From an uncultured Candidatus Saccharibacteria bacterium (GTDB lineage Bacteria; Patescibacteriota; Saccharimonadia; Saccharimonadales; Saccharimonadaceae), in assembly GCA_946537195.1 (NCBI GenBank), contig CAMNFE010000001.1, positions 4,435-68,434 of the forward strand: a stretch of 64,000 bases of DNA. Direction: 5' to 3'. Within the stretch, counting starts at the first letter, position 1. Each line of letters begins with the position of its first letter. Shown here one piece after another: positions 1 to 9,114 of the stretch. Under the pieces are notes generated by a model. The model was not told where the DNA came from, ran no database searches, and was given only the letters and a program-made list of their open reading frames with translations. The position numbers and the translations under genes were made by a program.

Positions 1-335
1 AGCTAACAGAATTATCTGAAATGGTTGAGAAAAAAGAACTCTCTTCAACTGGCGCAAAAGCCATTTTGATGGAGATGTATGATAAGAAGAATACTCAGAA
101 GACAGCACACCAACTTGCAAAGGAAATGAACCTTTTGCAAGAAAATGACGAGGGTGCGCTTGAGGCAATTATTGATGAAGTTTTAACTGCGCCGGAGTGC
201 GCCAAAGCAGCAGAAGATGTACGCAATGGCGAAATGAAGGCAATCGGATTCCTAGTTGGGCAAGTTATGAAAAAGTCGAAAGGAAAAGCCAACCCAGCTA
301 CCGTGAATGAGCTAATAAAAAAGAAGTTGTCGTAA
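1..335 (+). CDS. gatB: Asp/Glu-tRNA(Asn/Gln) amidotransferase subunit B, C-terminal GatB/YqeY domain; 5' end lies outside the window
   Basis: The frame is open from the window edge ([11 protein letters not shown]...). [10 protein letters not shown]...[19 protein letters not shown] is typical of the GatB C-terminus. TAA stop at 333-335. Confidence 0.75.
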   Translation, partial: LTELSEMVEKKELSSTGAKAILMEMYDKKNTQKTAHQLAKEMNLLQENDEGALEAIIDEVLTAPECAKAAEDVRNGEMKAIGFLVGQVMKKSKGKANPATVNELIKKKLS

Positions 336-357
336 TTAGAAAGGAGCAACTAAGATC

Positions 358-1200
358 ATGTCATACAAAACCCCAACTAAGGCCGTCATTACGGACGCCG
401 GATTCGCAAGCCGTTTCTTGCCAATTACCAAAACAATTCCAAAAGCCATGATCCCGCTTGGCGCCAAGCCAATCATGCAATACGTAGTAGAAGAATGTGT
501 CAAGGGCGGAATTAAGGACATTATCATTGTCGCTACCCATGAAGGAAAACCGATTTACGAAGATTATTTCAACAACCCATGCGAAAAAATCTATGCACAG
601 CTAGAATCACAAGGCAAACTTGACCGTTTCGAGTCAGTAAAAGAGGTGCTATCAATTGCAAATATCACCGTAATCGAACAAGATCCTAGCCTGCCTTACG
701 GCAACGGTTCACCAATTGCTTCTGCAAAGCCATACCTCAACGATGACGAGGCATTCATTGCAATGTATAGTGATGATTTGATTTTCGGCGAAGGCGACGT
801 AAAGACTTTGATTGAAGCTTACGAAAAGCATCCGGAAGCTAAAGCAATTATTACCGCACAAGAAATGCCAGAAGAAGTCTGGAATAAATATGGCATGATT
901 GCGATGAAAGACGAGGAAAAACAGACCCTCAGCCATATTGTAGAAAAACCTGCTAAGCCAGAAGATTCACCATCTAATCTAACTTCTTATGGGCGCTACT
1001 TGCTAACCCCAGAAGTATTTGAACATTTAGTTCCAAAAAATACCGGTCTCGATGATGAGCTCTGGACCGTCGATGCAATTACTAAACTAGCAAAGTCTGG
1101 CGACGTATTTGTCGTTAAGAGTAGTGGTAAATGGCTCACGACAGGTGATCCAAAGAACTATTACCAGGCTTACGAAGAATTTAACAAAATGGAGGCATAA
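358..1200 (+). CDS. galU: UTP--glucose-1-phosphate uridylyltransferase
   Basis: Nucleotidyltransferase N-terminus KAVITDAGFASRFLPITKTIPKAMIPL. AAGGAG RBS upstream, 22 nt after gatB. Confidence 0.85.
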   Translation: MSYKTPTKAVITDAGFASRFLPITKTIPKAMIPLGAKPIMQYVVEECVKGGIKDIIIVATHEGKPIYEDYFNNPCEKIYAQLESQGKLDRFESVKEVLSIANITVIEQDPSLPYGNGSPIASAKPYLNDDEAFIAMYSDDLIFGEGDVKTLIEAYEKHPEAKAIITAQEMPEEVWNKYGMIAMKDEEKQTLSHIVEKPAKPEDSPSNLTSYGRYLLTPEVFEHLVPKNTGLDDELWTVDAITKLAKSGDVFVVKSSGKWLTTGDPKNYYQAYEEFNKMEA

Positions 1201-1202
1201 AT

Positions 1203-1523
1203 ATGGAAACTCCTGCTTGGATATTAGTAATAATTCTGTCAGTAACATTGTTCCTATTCTTATTACTGTTCATCATCTTGCTCATCAAGTTGATTGGCGT
1301 AACAAAAGAGGCTAAGAAAATAATGATCCAAGGACAAGGCATTGCAGAAAAAGCTGATGATATTGCAGGCAATGTTCGCGACATGACAACAGTGGGTGGT
1401 TTAGTTAAGTACTTCGTCGAAAACTACACTGGCGAAGGAGCCAAGAAGAAAAAAGCGGCGAAGAAAACAAGGGTCGTAAAAAACGAAGAGGAGGAAAAGG
1501 ACGATGAGCGAGAAGAAAAGTAA
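1203..1523 (+). CDS. small membrane protein, DUF948-like (tentative)
   Basis: One N-terminal TM helix (ILVIILSVTLFLFLLLFIILLI) followed by a charged helical tail. It is paired with a YtxH-like gene, as in Firmicutes. Confidence 0.5.
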   Translation: METPAWILVIILSVTLFLFLLLFIILLIKLIGVTKEAKKIMIQGQGIAEKADDIAGNVRDMTTVGGLVKYFVENYTGEGAKKKKAAKKTRVVKNEEEEKDDEREEK

Positions 1524-1869
1524 CGGCGGTAAGTTCTTTTTAGGAGCGGCGCTGGGGGCAATTGCTGGCGCAGTAGCTGGCATTGTAATGGCGCCAAAAA
1601 GCGGCGAAGAAACACGCAAAGACATCAAGGAAGCTAGCGATAAGGCAATAAAAGATGGCAAAGAGGCTAGCAACAAATTCTTCAGTCGTTTCAACAAAGA
1701 CGACATCGAAGACGAAGTAGAAGAAGTTAAAGAAGAGGTCAAAGAAAAGGCCGAAGACGTTAAAGAAAAAGTCGAGAAAAAGGTTGAGGAAGTCAAAAAA
1801 GAAACCAAGAAACCTGCCGAAAAGAAGCCTGCTGCCAAAAAGCCAGCAGCAAAAGCTGAAAAGAAATAG
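1504..1869 (+). CDS. YtxH domain-containing protein
   Basis: GKFFLGAALGAIAGAVAGIVMAPKSGEETRKDI signature, a K/E-rich coil and a KKPAAKKPAAK tail. Overlaps the upstream ORF by 20 nt. Confidence 0.7.
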   Translation: MSEKKSNGGKFFLGAALGAIAGAVAGIVMAPKSGEETRKDIKEASDKAIKDGKEASNKFFSRFNKDDIEDEVEEVKEEVKEKAEDVKEKVEKKVEEVKKETKKPAEKKPAAKKPAAKAEKK

Positions 1870-1879
1870 TTAATTAAAA

Positions 1880-1910
1880 ATATCTCACCAACTCGGTGAG
1901 ATATTTTTTA
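1880..1910. terminator. bidirectional intrinsic terminator
   Basis: Hairpin atatctcacc/aactc/ggtgagatat with an A-run before and a T-run after. It sits between the convergent ytxH-like gene and murJ. Confidence 0.7.
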
Positions 1911-3548
1911 TTGGCGTTTAATATTCTTAAATAATGCGTCGTTGATTTTCTGAATTACCGGCCTTACTTCTTCGATACGCAAGATGCTACATACGATGAG
2001 ATAAAAGACGCCGGTTACAAGAGTGATTGCGACGAACTTCGGGAAAGTTGCCAAGAAAGAATTATCGACAGCGCGAAGAGGTAAGAGTTTTGTCATGACA
2101 TAGGCAACAATGCCGGTCAGTGTTGCCGCTACAGCAATCTTCCCCATTGCGATCCAGAATTTAAGGTCAAAGAGTTTGTGGTCCATATCGCGATTTTGAC
2201 ATACGGCAAGCACGAATACTTCAAATAGTGCACTAATCGAAACCGCATAGGCGAGGCCTTCTGGACCGAGATTTAGCATACTAAATGAAATTGCTAGAAT
2301 AGCCTGAATGACGAAGGCAATGATAGATATAATAAGCGGCGTGCGAACATTTTGCTTTGCATAATAACCGCGCGCAACGATATGATATAGCGACTGACAG
2401 AAGATGGAAATAACAAAGGCGGCAAGAACGCTAGCCATCTTTGGGTCGCCGCCGTTCTTGATAAAGTTAATCACATAGCCACGAATAAAGAATGCTACAA
2501 TCGCAACCGGTAAAGCAATCCAAATAATTGTGCGGTATGCCGAACGTAAAGTGTTGCGGTATTCGTCATCTTTTTTAAGACCAGCTTCCTCACTGAGCTT
2601 CGGGAAGAAGGCGGTCGAAATAGCTACGCCGATTAAGTTAATTGGCATAGAATGAAGCGACGAAGCTTGCTGAAAAGCGCGAATGGACTGCTCGCCCATA
2701 CGTGAAGCAAGGTTGGTATTCATAATGCTTGTAACATAATCAATGCCTTGATCTACCGAACGAAGTGGCAAAACCTTAACGATTGAACGGAATCCTTGGT
2801 TCTTCCAGTGAATCTTGAATTCATATTCGAAACCAAGACCGACAAGTCCGATAATGCTAGTGATTAACTGCAAAATGGCACCAAGCACAACACCAAGCGC
2901 GACGCCCATGATGCCACCTTCAAAGATTTGTATTCCAAAGATATTAATGCCGTTAGTAAAAACTAGAATACCGATAATAATACCGACGTTATATAGAGCC
3001 GGCGCAATGGCGTAAAAGACGAAGCGCCCAACCGCCTGCTGCATACTAGACAATACCGTTGCAATAGCAAAAAGGAATGGATTAATCGCAATCACGCGCA
3101 TCATATTGATGGCGAGAGCCATAGCGGATTCATTAAGGCCAGGAGCGACAATATAGCGCACGAGTGGATCCGCAAAGATCATAATTAGTATCGAAGCGGC
3201 CAGACAAAGGAGCGCAAGGAAATTAAGCGTGCTACCGCTGAGTTCCCAGGCGGATTTTTTATTGCCAGCTACGAGACGCTGATTAAAAACAGGAATAAAA
3301 GTAACCGCAAGGGCGCCAGAAGTAATAATAAAGAATAGAAAATCTGGAACCGTAAATGCCGCCGTATAAGCATCAAGGCCGGCTGGATAAGTATCGTAAT
3401 ACATTGAGTTAAGCCAGCGGTCACGGAAGATGCCAAGCAATGCGGAAATCAAAGTAGAGCTCGCTATAACAATAGCCGCTGTCTTTACCGACAGTTTAGT
3501 GTTTACTAACGATACAACTGAACGGAAGTGATTTTTGCGCTCTCTCAT
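1908..3548 (-). CDS. murJ: lipid II flippase MurJ (MviN family)
   Basis: 546 aa polytopic membrane protein. The N-terminus ...SALLGIFRDRWLN... and overall layout match MurJ. Confidence 0.85.
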   Translation of the reverse strand: MRERKNHFRSVVSLVNTKLSVKTAAIVIASSTLISALLGIFRDRWLNSMYYDTYPAGLDAYTAAFTVPDFLFFIITSGALAVTFIPVFNQRLVAGNKKSAWELSGSTLNFLALLCLAASILIMIFADPLVRYIVAPGLNESAMALAINMMRVIAINPFLFAIATVLSSMQQAVGRFVFYAIAPALYNVGIIIGILVFTNGINIFGIQIFEGGIMGVALGVVLGAILQLITSIIGLVGLGFEYEFKIHWKNQGFRSIVKVLPLRSVDQGIDYVTSIMNTNLASRMGEQSIRAFQQASSLHSMPINLIGVAISTAFFPKLSEEAGLKKDDEYRNTLRSAYRTIIWIALPVAIVAFFIRGYVINFIKNGGDPKMASVLAAFVISIFCQSLYHIVARGYYAKQNVRTPLIISIIAFVIQAILAISFSMLNLGPEGLAYAVSISALFEVFVLAVCQNRDMDHKLFDLKFWIAMGKIAVAATLTGIVAYVMTKLLPLRAVDNSFLATFPKFVAITLVTGVFYLIVCSILRIEEVRPVIQKINDALFKNIKRQ

Positions 3549-3556
3549 ATGCCCTT

Positions 3557-5455
3557 TTAATTATGAAGTTTTGCACTTTCTGGTAATGTAGTACCTTCTA
3601 GAATCTTTGCGACTTCTGCCTCTTCGAGAGTTTCTTTCTCGAGTAGTTCTGTAGCAAGTTCGTCGAGGAATTTTTTGTTTGCCCTTAATACTGCCTCAGC
3701 ACGCATGCCGGCTTCTTTATTAAGAGCTTCAATTTCGGCGTCGATTATTTCAGAAGTTTTTTCGGAATAGTTTTTAGCACGATCGCCAAAGAAATTAACT
3801 TCATCCGTATTGAATACTTGGTCACGAAGCTTAGCCCCCATACCCTCTTGAGATACCATTTCGCGAGCCAATTCGGCTACATGCTGAAGATCCGAACTTG
3901 CGCCAGTAGTAATGCCGTCTTTGCCAAGAACCATGCGTTCAGCAACGCGACCGCCCATAGCACGTGCTAAGACGTCTTTAAGTTCATAGACGCTCTTATA
4001 ACTGCGGTCTTCTGGCGGAAGGAACCAAGTGACACCACCGGCATGACCGCGTGGAATAATGGTAACTTTATGCACCGGGTCAGAATCTGGAAGTACGTGG
4101 CCAACAATAGCATGTCCTGCTTCATGGTAGGCCGTGATACGACGTTCTTGATCGTTCATTACTTTAGACTTACGCTCTGGACCAATTGCGACACGCTCAA
4201 AAGCTTCCGTGACGTCTGAATTGGTAATTTCGTTGTGATTTTCACGAGCAGCAGTAATTGCGGCTTCGTTTGCGATATTTGCAAGATCAGCACCAGAGCT
4301 ACCAGCAGTCTTTGCAGCCAAAGCGTCAATGTTAACATCTTTGGCAACTGGTTTATTCTTGAAGTGGACCTTAAGAATCTCAACACGATCTTTGCGTTCC
4401 GGCAAAGTTACGTTAACGTGACGATCGAAGCGGCCTGGACGAAGAAGTGCTTTATCGAGCATATCGACGCGGTTAGTTGCGGCCATAACAATGACACCGG
4501 TTTCATTGTCGAAACCATCCATTTCAACGAGAATTTGGTTTAAGGTCTGTTCGTCTTCGCGACCAGCACCACCGCGCGCATCACGTTTGTGTGCTACAGC
4601 GTCAATCTCATCGATGAAGATAATACTTGGAGAGTTTTTCTTAGCTTTACCAAAGAGGTCACGTACGCGAGATGCACCGACACCTACAAACATTTCCGCG
4701 AATTCGGAACCGGAAATTGAGAAGAATGGCACATTTGCTTCACCTGCGACTGCGCGCGCCATAAGGGTCTTACCTGTACCAGGTTCGCCGGCTAGGAGTA
4801 CACCGCGCGGAATCTTGGCGCCTAGGCGTTCGTATTTCTTTGGATTCTTGAGGAAGTCGACAATTTCGGTAAGATCCTGCTTTGCAGCTTCGTTACCCGC
4901 AACGTCTTCAAATGTAACCTTCTTTTTCTCGTTACCATAAAGACGAGCTTTAGCTTTGCCGAAGCCCATAGACTGATTATTCATATTCTGAGCCTGACGC
5001 ATCATGTAAAATAGGAATCCGACCACAATAACGATTGGTAATACAATCAATGCTACATCAAGGACAATACCCATGGTATCGACGTTCTCCTCGATTTCGA
5101 CTGCCACCTTGCCCTCTTCGATAACTTCGGCAAAACCTTGCTCTTGGAGAGTGCCAGAGCCATCCTTACGCGAAGATAGATGCTTTGGAAGGTCAACATT
5201 ATCTTTGGCCGTAACTTTTAATTCATTACCTTTCACGACAATCTTTTCTAGTCTGTCTTCCTTGGCGTAAGTAAGGATTTCAGTCAAAGTACGATCTTCA
5301 GACTTAACATTTGCCTCTGGGTTAAGGCTGGTTACGATTGCCATGCCTAAGATGATAACGATCATCCAAAACATGAAAAGACGAAGACCATTGAGGAATT
5401 TATTAGGTTTTTTCTGAGGGCGTTTCCCGCTGATATTCTTTTTATATTCTGGCAT
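3557..5455 (-). CDS. ftsH: ATP-dependent zinc metalloprotease FtsH
   Basis: Walker [12 protein letters not shown]+ core and HEAGHA zinc motif. I moved the start to ATG 5455 (MPEYKK), which has an AGGAG RBS upstream. Confidence 0.95.
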   Translation of the reverse strand: MPEYKKNISGKRPQKKPNKFLNGLRLFMFWMIVIILGMAIVTSLNPEANVKSEDRTLTEILTYAKEDRLEKIVVKGNELKVTAKDNVDLPKHLSSRKDGSGTLQEQGFAEVIEEGKVAVEIEENVDTMGIVLDVALIVLPIVIVVGFLFYMMRQAQNMNNQSMGFGKAKARLYGNEKKKVTFEDVAGNEAAKQDLTEIVDFLKNPKKYERLGAKIPRGVLLAGEPGTGKTLMARAVAGEANVPFFSISGSEFAEMFVGVGASRVRDLFGKAKKNSPSIIFIDEIDAVAHKRDARGGAGREDEQTLNQILVEMDGFDNETGVIVMAATNRVDMLDKALLRPGRFDRHVNVTLPERKDRVEILKVHFKNKPVAKDVNIDALAAKTAGSSGADLANIANEAAITAARENHNEITNSDVTEAFERVAIGPERKSKVMNDQERRITAYHEAGHAIVGHVLPDSDPVHKVTIIPRGHAGGVTWFLPPEDRSYKSVYELKDVLARAMGGRVAERMVLGKDGITTGASSDLQHVAELAREMVSQEGMGAKLRDQVFNTDEVNFFGDRAKNYSEKTSEIIDAEIEALNKEAGMRAEAVLRANKKFLDELATELLEKETLEEAEVAKILEGTTLPESAKLHN

Positions 5456-5505
5456 TAAAACTCCTATTTTAGCGTGCGACCACACTCGCACTTATCCATC
5501 TATTA

Positions 5506-5514
5506 ATTATAACA
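5506..5514 (-). promoter_or_regulatory. extended -10 promoter (TGTTATAAT) for ftsH
   Basis: The reverse complement of attataaca is TGTTATAAT, about 50 nt upstream of the ftsH ATG. Confidence 0.45.
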
Positions 5515-5548
5515 AACAATCCGCTAAATACGGTATAATTATTCGCAT

Positions 5549-6772
5549 ATGGCGATACGAAATAAACGCCTAAAATACTTGTTGTTAACGCTGATTATAT
5601 CGACCCTAGCGGTGTGTTGTGGCACATTCAATAAATCAGCCTCAGCATATGTGCCAGAATTCTACTATTTCCACATGGATTCATTCCACCAGTCCCTTCA
5701 GCGCGGCGGAGTGGCGGATGGTAGCGACTTCTCGCGAGAAACAATGTTTACCTATGTAATTGACCCGGATCCGAATTACAAAAGTAGCAAAGTTCACTTA
5801 TCAGAAACTGAGAAACAATGGGTACTCACTCTGCTATATCACGAGATAGGCGGTTGTAGGATGGGACCTATTATCACCGCCCAAATGATTCGCGATTCTT
5901 ATTTATACTTCTGCAGTACGAATCCTGGACATAACTGTACAGATTTACGTTCACTAATTGCAACCTCGTTCAGTCCGTCATATCTGACCGTTACGCCACC
6001 AAATTCGCCAAATATGGAGAATGTAGTGAAAGCCTATGAATACGTTTTTGAACAAGGTAATGCATTTTATCCTATTAAAATATTCAGCGCATCAGCATAC
6101 CATCCGCCGGCAAGCATGAGATATTACTGGACAGAAGCTCTCGTACACTGGACACACGGCGATAATCCAATGCATTGGTGCAAAGGTATAGCGGTTGCTG
6201 GCGGGATTGATTGTTATCCGGAAGGCGTAAATAATACTATCTTTGATTACAATAACGGCGACCCTAAAGCTAATGCCCATAATCCATACATAACGGCTAA
6301 GTATGAAGATTCGCCGCCATTTAAAGACGTGAAAGATTCGAAGCCGACTAATAGTTATGATGGTAAAAGTAGCGGCAGTAGTGGCAGCTCTGAGAAAAAA
6401 GAAGAAAAATATACCGTACAAGTCGAACCGGACGAGGACAAAGACTGGATATGCGCAACAATTTTCGGCGCCTGGTGCGATCAGGCGAAAAATGACGGCG
6501 AGACGGCAATTCTCGACATATTAGATTTCGTAATAAGTGTCATGACAGTCGGCATAATAACACTCGCGACAATTGGCATTATTATTATGGGCTATATGAT
6601 TATGACGGCGCGCGATAATGAAGCGCAAATGCAAAAAGCAAAAAAACGACTTTTCGAAATCGTAATTGGCGTCGTTGCCTGGGTGCTAATTGCGGCTATC
6701 TTGCATTTATTATTGCCAAATGTCGATACGTCATCGGTTGAAGGAATCTTAACGCCTAACTTCTTTAATTGA
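5549..6772 (+). CDS. exported protein of unknown function with a C-terminal VirB2/TrbC-like two-helix membrane module
   Basis: N-terminal hydrophobic signal/anchor, a W/H/C/Y-rich ~270 aa domain and an SSGSSGSS linker. These are followed by C-x8-C plus two TM helices split by ARDNEAQMQKAKKRLFE. The module is paralogous to residues ~40-140 of the 9115-10473 protein. Confidence 0.5.
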   Translation: MAIRNKRLKYLLLTLIISTLAVCCGTFNKSASAYVPEFYYFHMDSFHQSLQRGGVADGSDFSRETMFTYVIDPDPNYKSSKVHLSETEKQWVLTLLYHEIGGCRMGPIITAQMIRDSYLYFCSTNPGHNCTDLRSLIATSFSPSYLTVTPPNSPNMENVVKAYEYVFEQGNAFYPIKIFSASAYHPPASMRYYWTEALVHWTHGDNPMHWCKGIAVAGGIDCYPEGVNNTIFDYNNGDPKANAHNPYITAKYEDSPPFKDVKDSKPTNSYDGKSSGSSGSSEKKEEKYTVQVEPDEDKDWICATIFGAWCDQAKNDGETAILDILDFVISVMTVGIITLATIGIIIMGYMIMTARDNEAQMQKAKKRLFEIVIGVVAWVLIAAILHLLLPNVDTSSVEGILTPNFFN

Positions 6773-6787
6773 TTTATTTTCAAATTG

Positions 6788-6796
6788 TGTTATAGT
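6788..6796 (+). promoter_or_regulatory. extended -10-like element (TGTTATAGT) upstream of dgkA
   Basis: Motif read directly from the sequence; 18 nt before ATG 6815. Confidence 0.35.
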
Positions 6797-6814
6797 ATAA
6801 GTACTGGTTTTTGA

Positions 6815-7264
6815 ATGCCAAATTTATCACGAATAGGGGGTGATTCCGTGCCGTATCAGAAACCTGACAAAAAGAATCTGTTCCTTAATATCTGGAGGAA
6901 TATCAAAGATTCGAATCGCGGCCTGGCAATCATGTTTCGCGAATCGAGCACCGTACGTCGTTTAATTCCCGTGGAAATAATTGCGGGAGTACTTCTGGGA
7001 ATCGTTTTTCACTTTATCGCATTGGAATATATAATTCTCGGAGTAACACTCGTAGTGCTCTTCACTGTTGAAACTATGAATACTGCGGTCGAGGAGGTCA
7101 ACGATCTTGTAACACTAGAGGAAAACAAACGCGTGCAACGCTCGAAAGACATGGCGTCTGGCGCCGTCTGGGTGTGGCATCTAATGTATATCGTAGAAGC
7201 CTTGCTCTTTTTAATCTGCCATCTTGTCGGTTTTGCCTGGTGGCAACACTTAATCCCCGGTTAA
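6815..7264 (+). CDS. dgkA: diacylglycerol/undecaprenol kinase (prokaryotic DAGK family)
   Basis: TVETMNTAVEEVNDLV core plus 3 TM helices. An alternative in-frame GTG start at 6848 has a GGGGG RBS. Confidence 0.75.
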   Translation: MPNLSRIGGDSVPYQKPDKKNLFLNIWRNIKDSNRGLAIMFRESSTVRRLIPVEIIAGVLLGIVFHFIALEYIILGVTLVVLFTVETMNTAVEEVNDLVTLEENKRVQRSKDMASGAVWVWHLMYIVEALLFLICHLVGFAWWQHLIPG

Positions 7265-7274
7265 TCCGGGGATT
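7252..7274 (+). terminator. weak hairpin at the dgkA stop
   Basis: aatccccgg/ttaat/ccggggatt. The following T-tract is poor (atttct). Confidence 0.35.
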
Positions 7275-7285
7275 ATTTCTATGCA

Positions 7286-7307
7286 ACAAAAAAGAGCCCG
7301 ATGGCTC
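7286..7307 (-). terminator. intrinsic terminator after tRNA-Pro(UGG)
   Basis: Minus strand reads GAGCC-ATCG-GGCTC followed by TTTTTTTG. Confidence 0.55.
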
Positions 7308-7314
7308 AATGAAA

Positions 7315-7390
7315 TGGTCGGGGTTAGCAGGCTCGAACTGCTGACCTCGCGCTCCCAAAGCGCGCGCGCTACCAACTGCGCCAAACCCCG
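7315..7390 (-). tRNA. tRNA-Pro (anticodon UGG), CCA encoded
   Basis: I folded a 76-nt cloverleaf by hand: acceptor CGGGGTT/AACCCCG, anticodon loop TTTGGGA, T-loop TTCGAGC. Confidence 0.9.
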
Positions 7391-7400
7391 GCTAAAGGTG

Positions 7401-7409
7401 ATTATATCA
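7401..7409 (-). promoter_or_regulatory. extended -10 promoter (TGATATAAT) for tRNA-Pro(UGG)
   Basis: The hexamer ends 10 nt before the mature tRNA 5' end. It lies back-to-back with the GT39 promoter. Confidence 0.5.
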
Positions 7410-7415
7410 TATCTG

Positions 7416-7424
7416 TGGTAGAAT
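7416..7424 (+). promoter_or_regulatory. extended -10 promoter (TGGTAGAAT), leaderless start of the GT39 gene
   Basis: Exactly 6 nt separate the hexamer from ATG 7431, and there is no SD. Confidence 0.55.
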
Positions 7425-7430
7425 TGAAAC

Positions 7431-8954
7431 ATGAGAGATTTTCTAGATAAACGCAAACGACTTTTTCTGATAACAACACCAGCAATATTGGGCGCAATCT
7501 TCATGCTATTATGCATCTTTAATTTCCGCCAATCATTATCGTTCAACGAATCGCTTAGTTCTTATATTACGCGTTTTGATCTAGGAAGTATTTGGAATTT
7601 TGCGGCAAACAATTCTGAACCTCCTCTTTATTATCTTGCCTTAAAAGGTTGGGCGCATTTTCTAGGGCATACAGATTTTGTAATGCGTATGTTTTCGGCA
7701 GTGGCCGGTGCCGCGACGATATTGTTTACTTTTCTTTGGCTGAAGTATAAGTACGGCTTAAAGGCAGCGATGATTGCTGGTTTTCTACTAAGCATCTCCC
7801 CTGCTTTTATTCATTACGGACAAGAAATGACGATGGTTTGTTTTGTGGCGGCAATCGTGTCTGCGGCAACATATTTCCTACAACTCGCTATAGACGACGG
7901 CGAAAGAAAGTGGTGGATTATTTATACGTTTTTAATGATTGCCGGTCTTTGGACAAGTCAATATGTTGCACTGGCTTGGTGCGCACATTTGGCATATTTG
8001 TTGATGATTTTTGGCAAAAAAATCTGGAAAAAGAAAATCTGGTTGCCATATTTTGTAGCTATAGTTACTTTTATTCCTGCTATAGTTAAGCTATTAAAAG
8101 CTCCTGCCGCTCAAAGTACAGCAACTGACATTTCTACGCCAATTAGTTTCCTTTCAGAAACTATATATTATATGAATCCTAGCGAATTGCAGGGTTGGAC
8201 TTTAGCGCTAGCCGTATTGACAATTATCGCAATTACCGTCGTGGCGATACATTATCGAAAAAAGACATCTTTGCTGCTTGCGATGATCTTAGTACCAGTT
8301 GTATTATTAATGGTTCTGTCGATGATGTCGTCGAATATTAATTTCGAACCAAAACATATCGTTTTCGCGATGTTATCAGTTCCAGTTTTGGCCGGCGTAG
8401 ACATTACCCTTCTTTTAAACAAGCGCATAAACAAACGCAAAAAAATAGCATTTTGGAAACGTCCAAAAATAATAGCAGTCTGCATTAGCCTATTAGTCGT
8501 TTGTAGTTCAGTTTTTGGAATAGTCTCAGTATACGCAAAAGGAAATTATGGCTTAGACTCTGGTGTAAGGTCGACGAATCGAGATTTATATAATGCTATT
8601 ATGGCCGCAAATTACGATCGCGATTTACCGATTGTAGTCAATTCTCCACAACTATTTCTTGAATTGTCTGCATACACAAGCGAACATAATCCAATTTTAT
8701 TTATTGATGAAATGTCAAAATATGACGATACAAAGCTAGAAATACTAAAGGATAGTTACTTTGGCAAAATCAATAATTTGGACCAATGGCTGAACGAACA
8801 CAGCAGTTTTTGGTATGTTGGCGTAGCGCCTGAAAACCCATACAAAGATAGCCTGGTTGCACCGCGCGATAATTTGAGAACTACAGAGATTATAAACCAG
8901 CAGTTTAACGAGCATGGCGACATCTATCAAATCTTGAAATTAGAGAGAGAATAG
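7431..8954 (+). CDS. ArnT/PMT-like glycosyltransferase (GT39/GT83-type, polytopic membrane protein)
   Basis: ...NNSEPPLYYLALKGWAHFLGHTDFVMRMFSAVAG... is typical of dolichyl/undecaprenyl-phosphate-sugar transferases. About 11 TM helices followed by a soluble C-terminal domain. Confidence 0.7.
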   Translation: MRDFLDKRKRLFLITTPAILGAIFMLLCIFNFRQSLSFNESLSSYITRFDLGSIWNFAANNSEPPLYYLALKGWAHFLGHTDFVMRMFSAVAGAATILFTFLWLKYKYGLKAAMIAGFLLSISPAFIHYGQEMTMVCFVAAIVSAATYFLQLAIDDGERKWWIIYTFLMIAGLWTSQYVALAWCAHLAYLLMIFGKKIWKKKIWLPYFVAIVTFIPAIVKLLKAPAAQSTATDISTPISFLSETIYYMNPSELQGWTLALAVLTIIAITVVAIHYRKKTSLLLAMILVPVVLLMVLSMMSSNINFEPKHIVFAMLSVPVLAGVDITLLLNKRINKRKKIAFWKRPKIIAVCISLLVVCSSVFGIVSVYAKGNYGLDSGVRSTNRDLYNAIMAANYDRDLPIVVNSPQLFLELSAYTSEHNPILFIDEMSKYDDTKLEILKDSYFGKINNLDQWLNEHSSFWYVGVAPENPYKDSLVAPRDNLRTTEIINQQFNEHGDIYQILKLERE

Positions 8955-8957
8955 AGA

Positions 8958-8963
8958 TATAAT
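8958..8963 (+). promoter_or_regulatory. -10 hexamer TATAAT for tRNA-Pro(CGG)
   Basis: 10 nt before the mature tRNA 5' end, the same spacing as the other tRNA-Pro and tRNA-Ser. Confidence 0.45.
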
Positions 8964-8973
8964 ATCAGTTAGT

Positions 8974-9049
8974 CGGGGCGTGGCGCAGTTGGTAGCGCGC
9001 GCGGTTCGGGACTGCGAGGTCGCCTGTTCGAGTCAGGTCGCCCCGACCA
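8974..9049 (+). tRNA. tRNA-Pro (anticodon CGG), CCA encoded
   Basis: 76 nt: acceptor CGGGGCG/CGCCCCG, anticodon loop TTCGGGA, T-loop TTCGAGT. Confidence 0.9.
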
Positions 9050-9062
9050 AAAACTGTCTGTA

Positions 9063-9090
9063 AAACATCCTCACACTTGGGATGTTTTTT
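9063..9090 (+). terminator. intrinsic terminator after tRNA-Pro(CGG)
   Basis: aaacatcc / 9-nt loop / ggatgttt followed by a T-run. Confidence 0.65.
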
Positions 9091-9098
9091 ATTGATTA

Positions 9099-9107
9099 TG
9101 TTAAAAT
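9099..9107 (+). promoter_or_regulatory. extended -10 promoter (TGTTAAAAT), near-leaderless start at 9115
   Basis: 7 nt between the hexamer and ATG 9115. The element lies downstream of the terminator, which argues against the 9082 start. Confidence 0.5.
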
Positions 9108-9114
9108 AAACTTA

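Noticed and set aside
7315-9090. tRNA-associated integrated element or prophage at any of the five tRNA genes.
   Set aside because: There is no integrase, transposase or phage-like gene nearby. I saw no direct repeat of a tRNA 3' end anywhere in the window.
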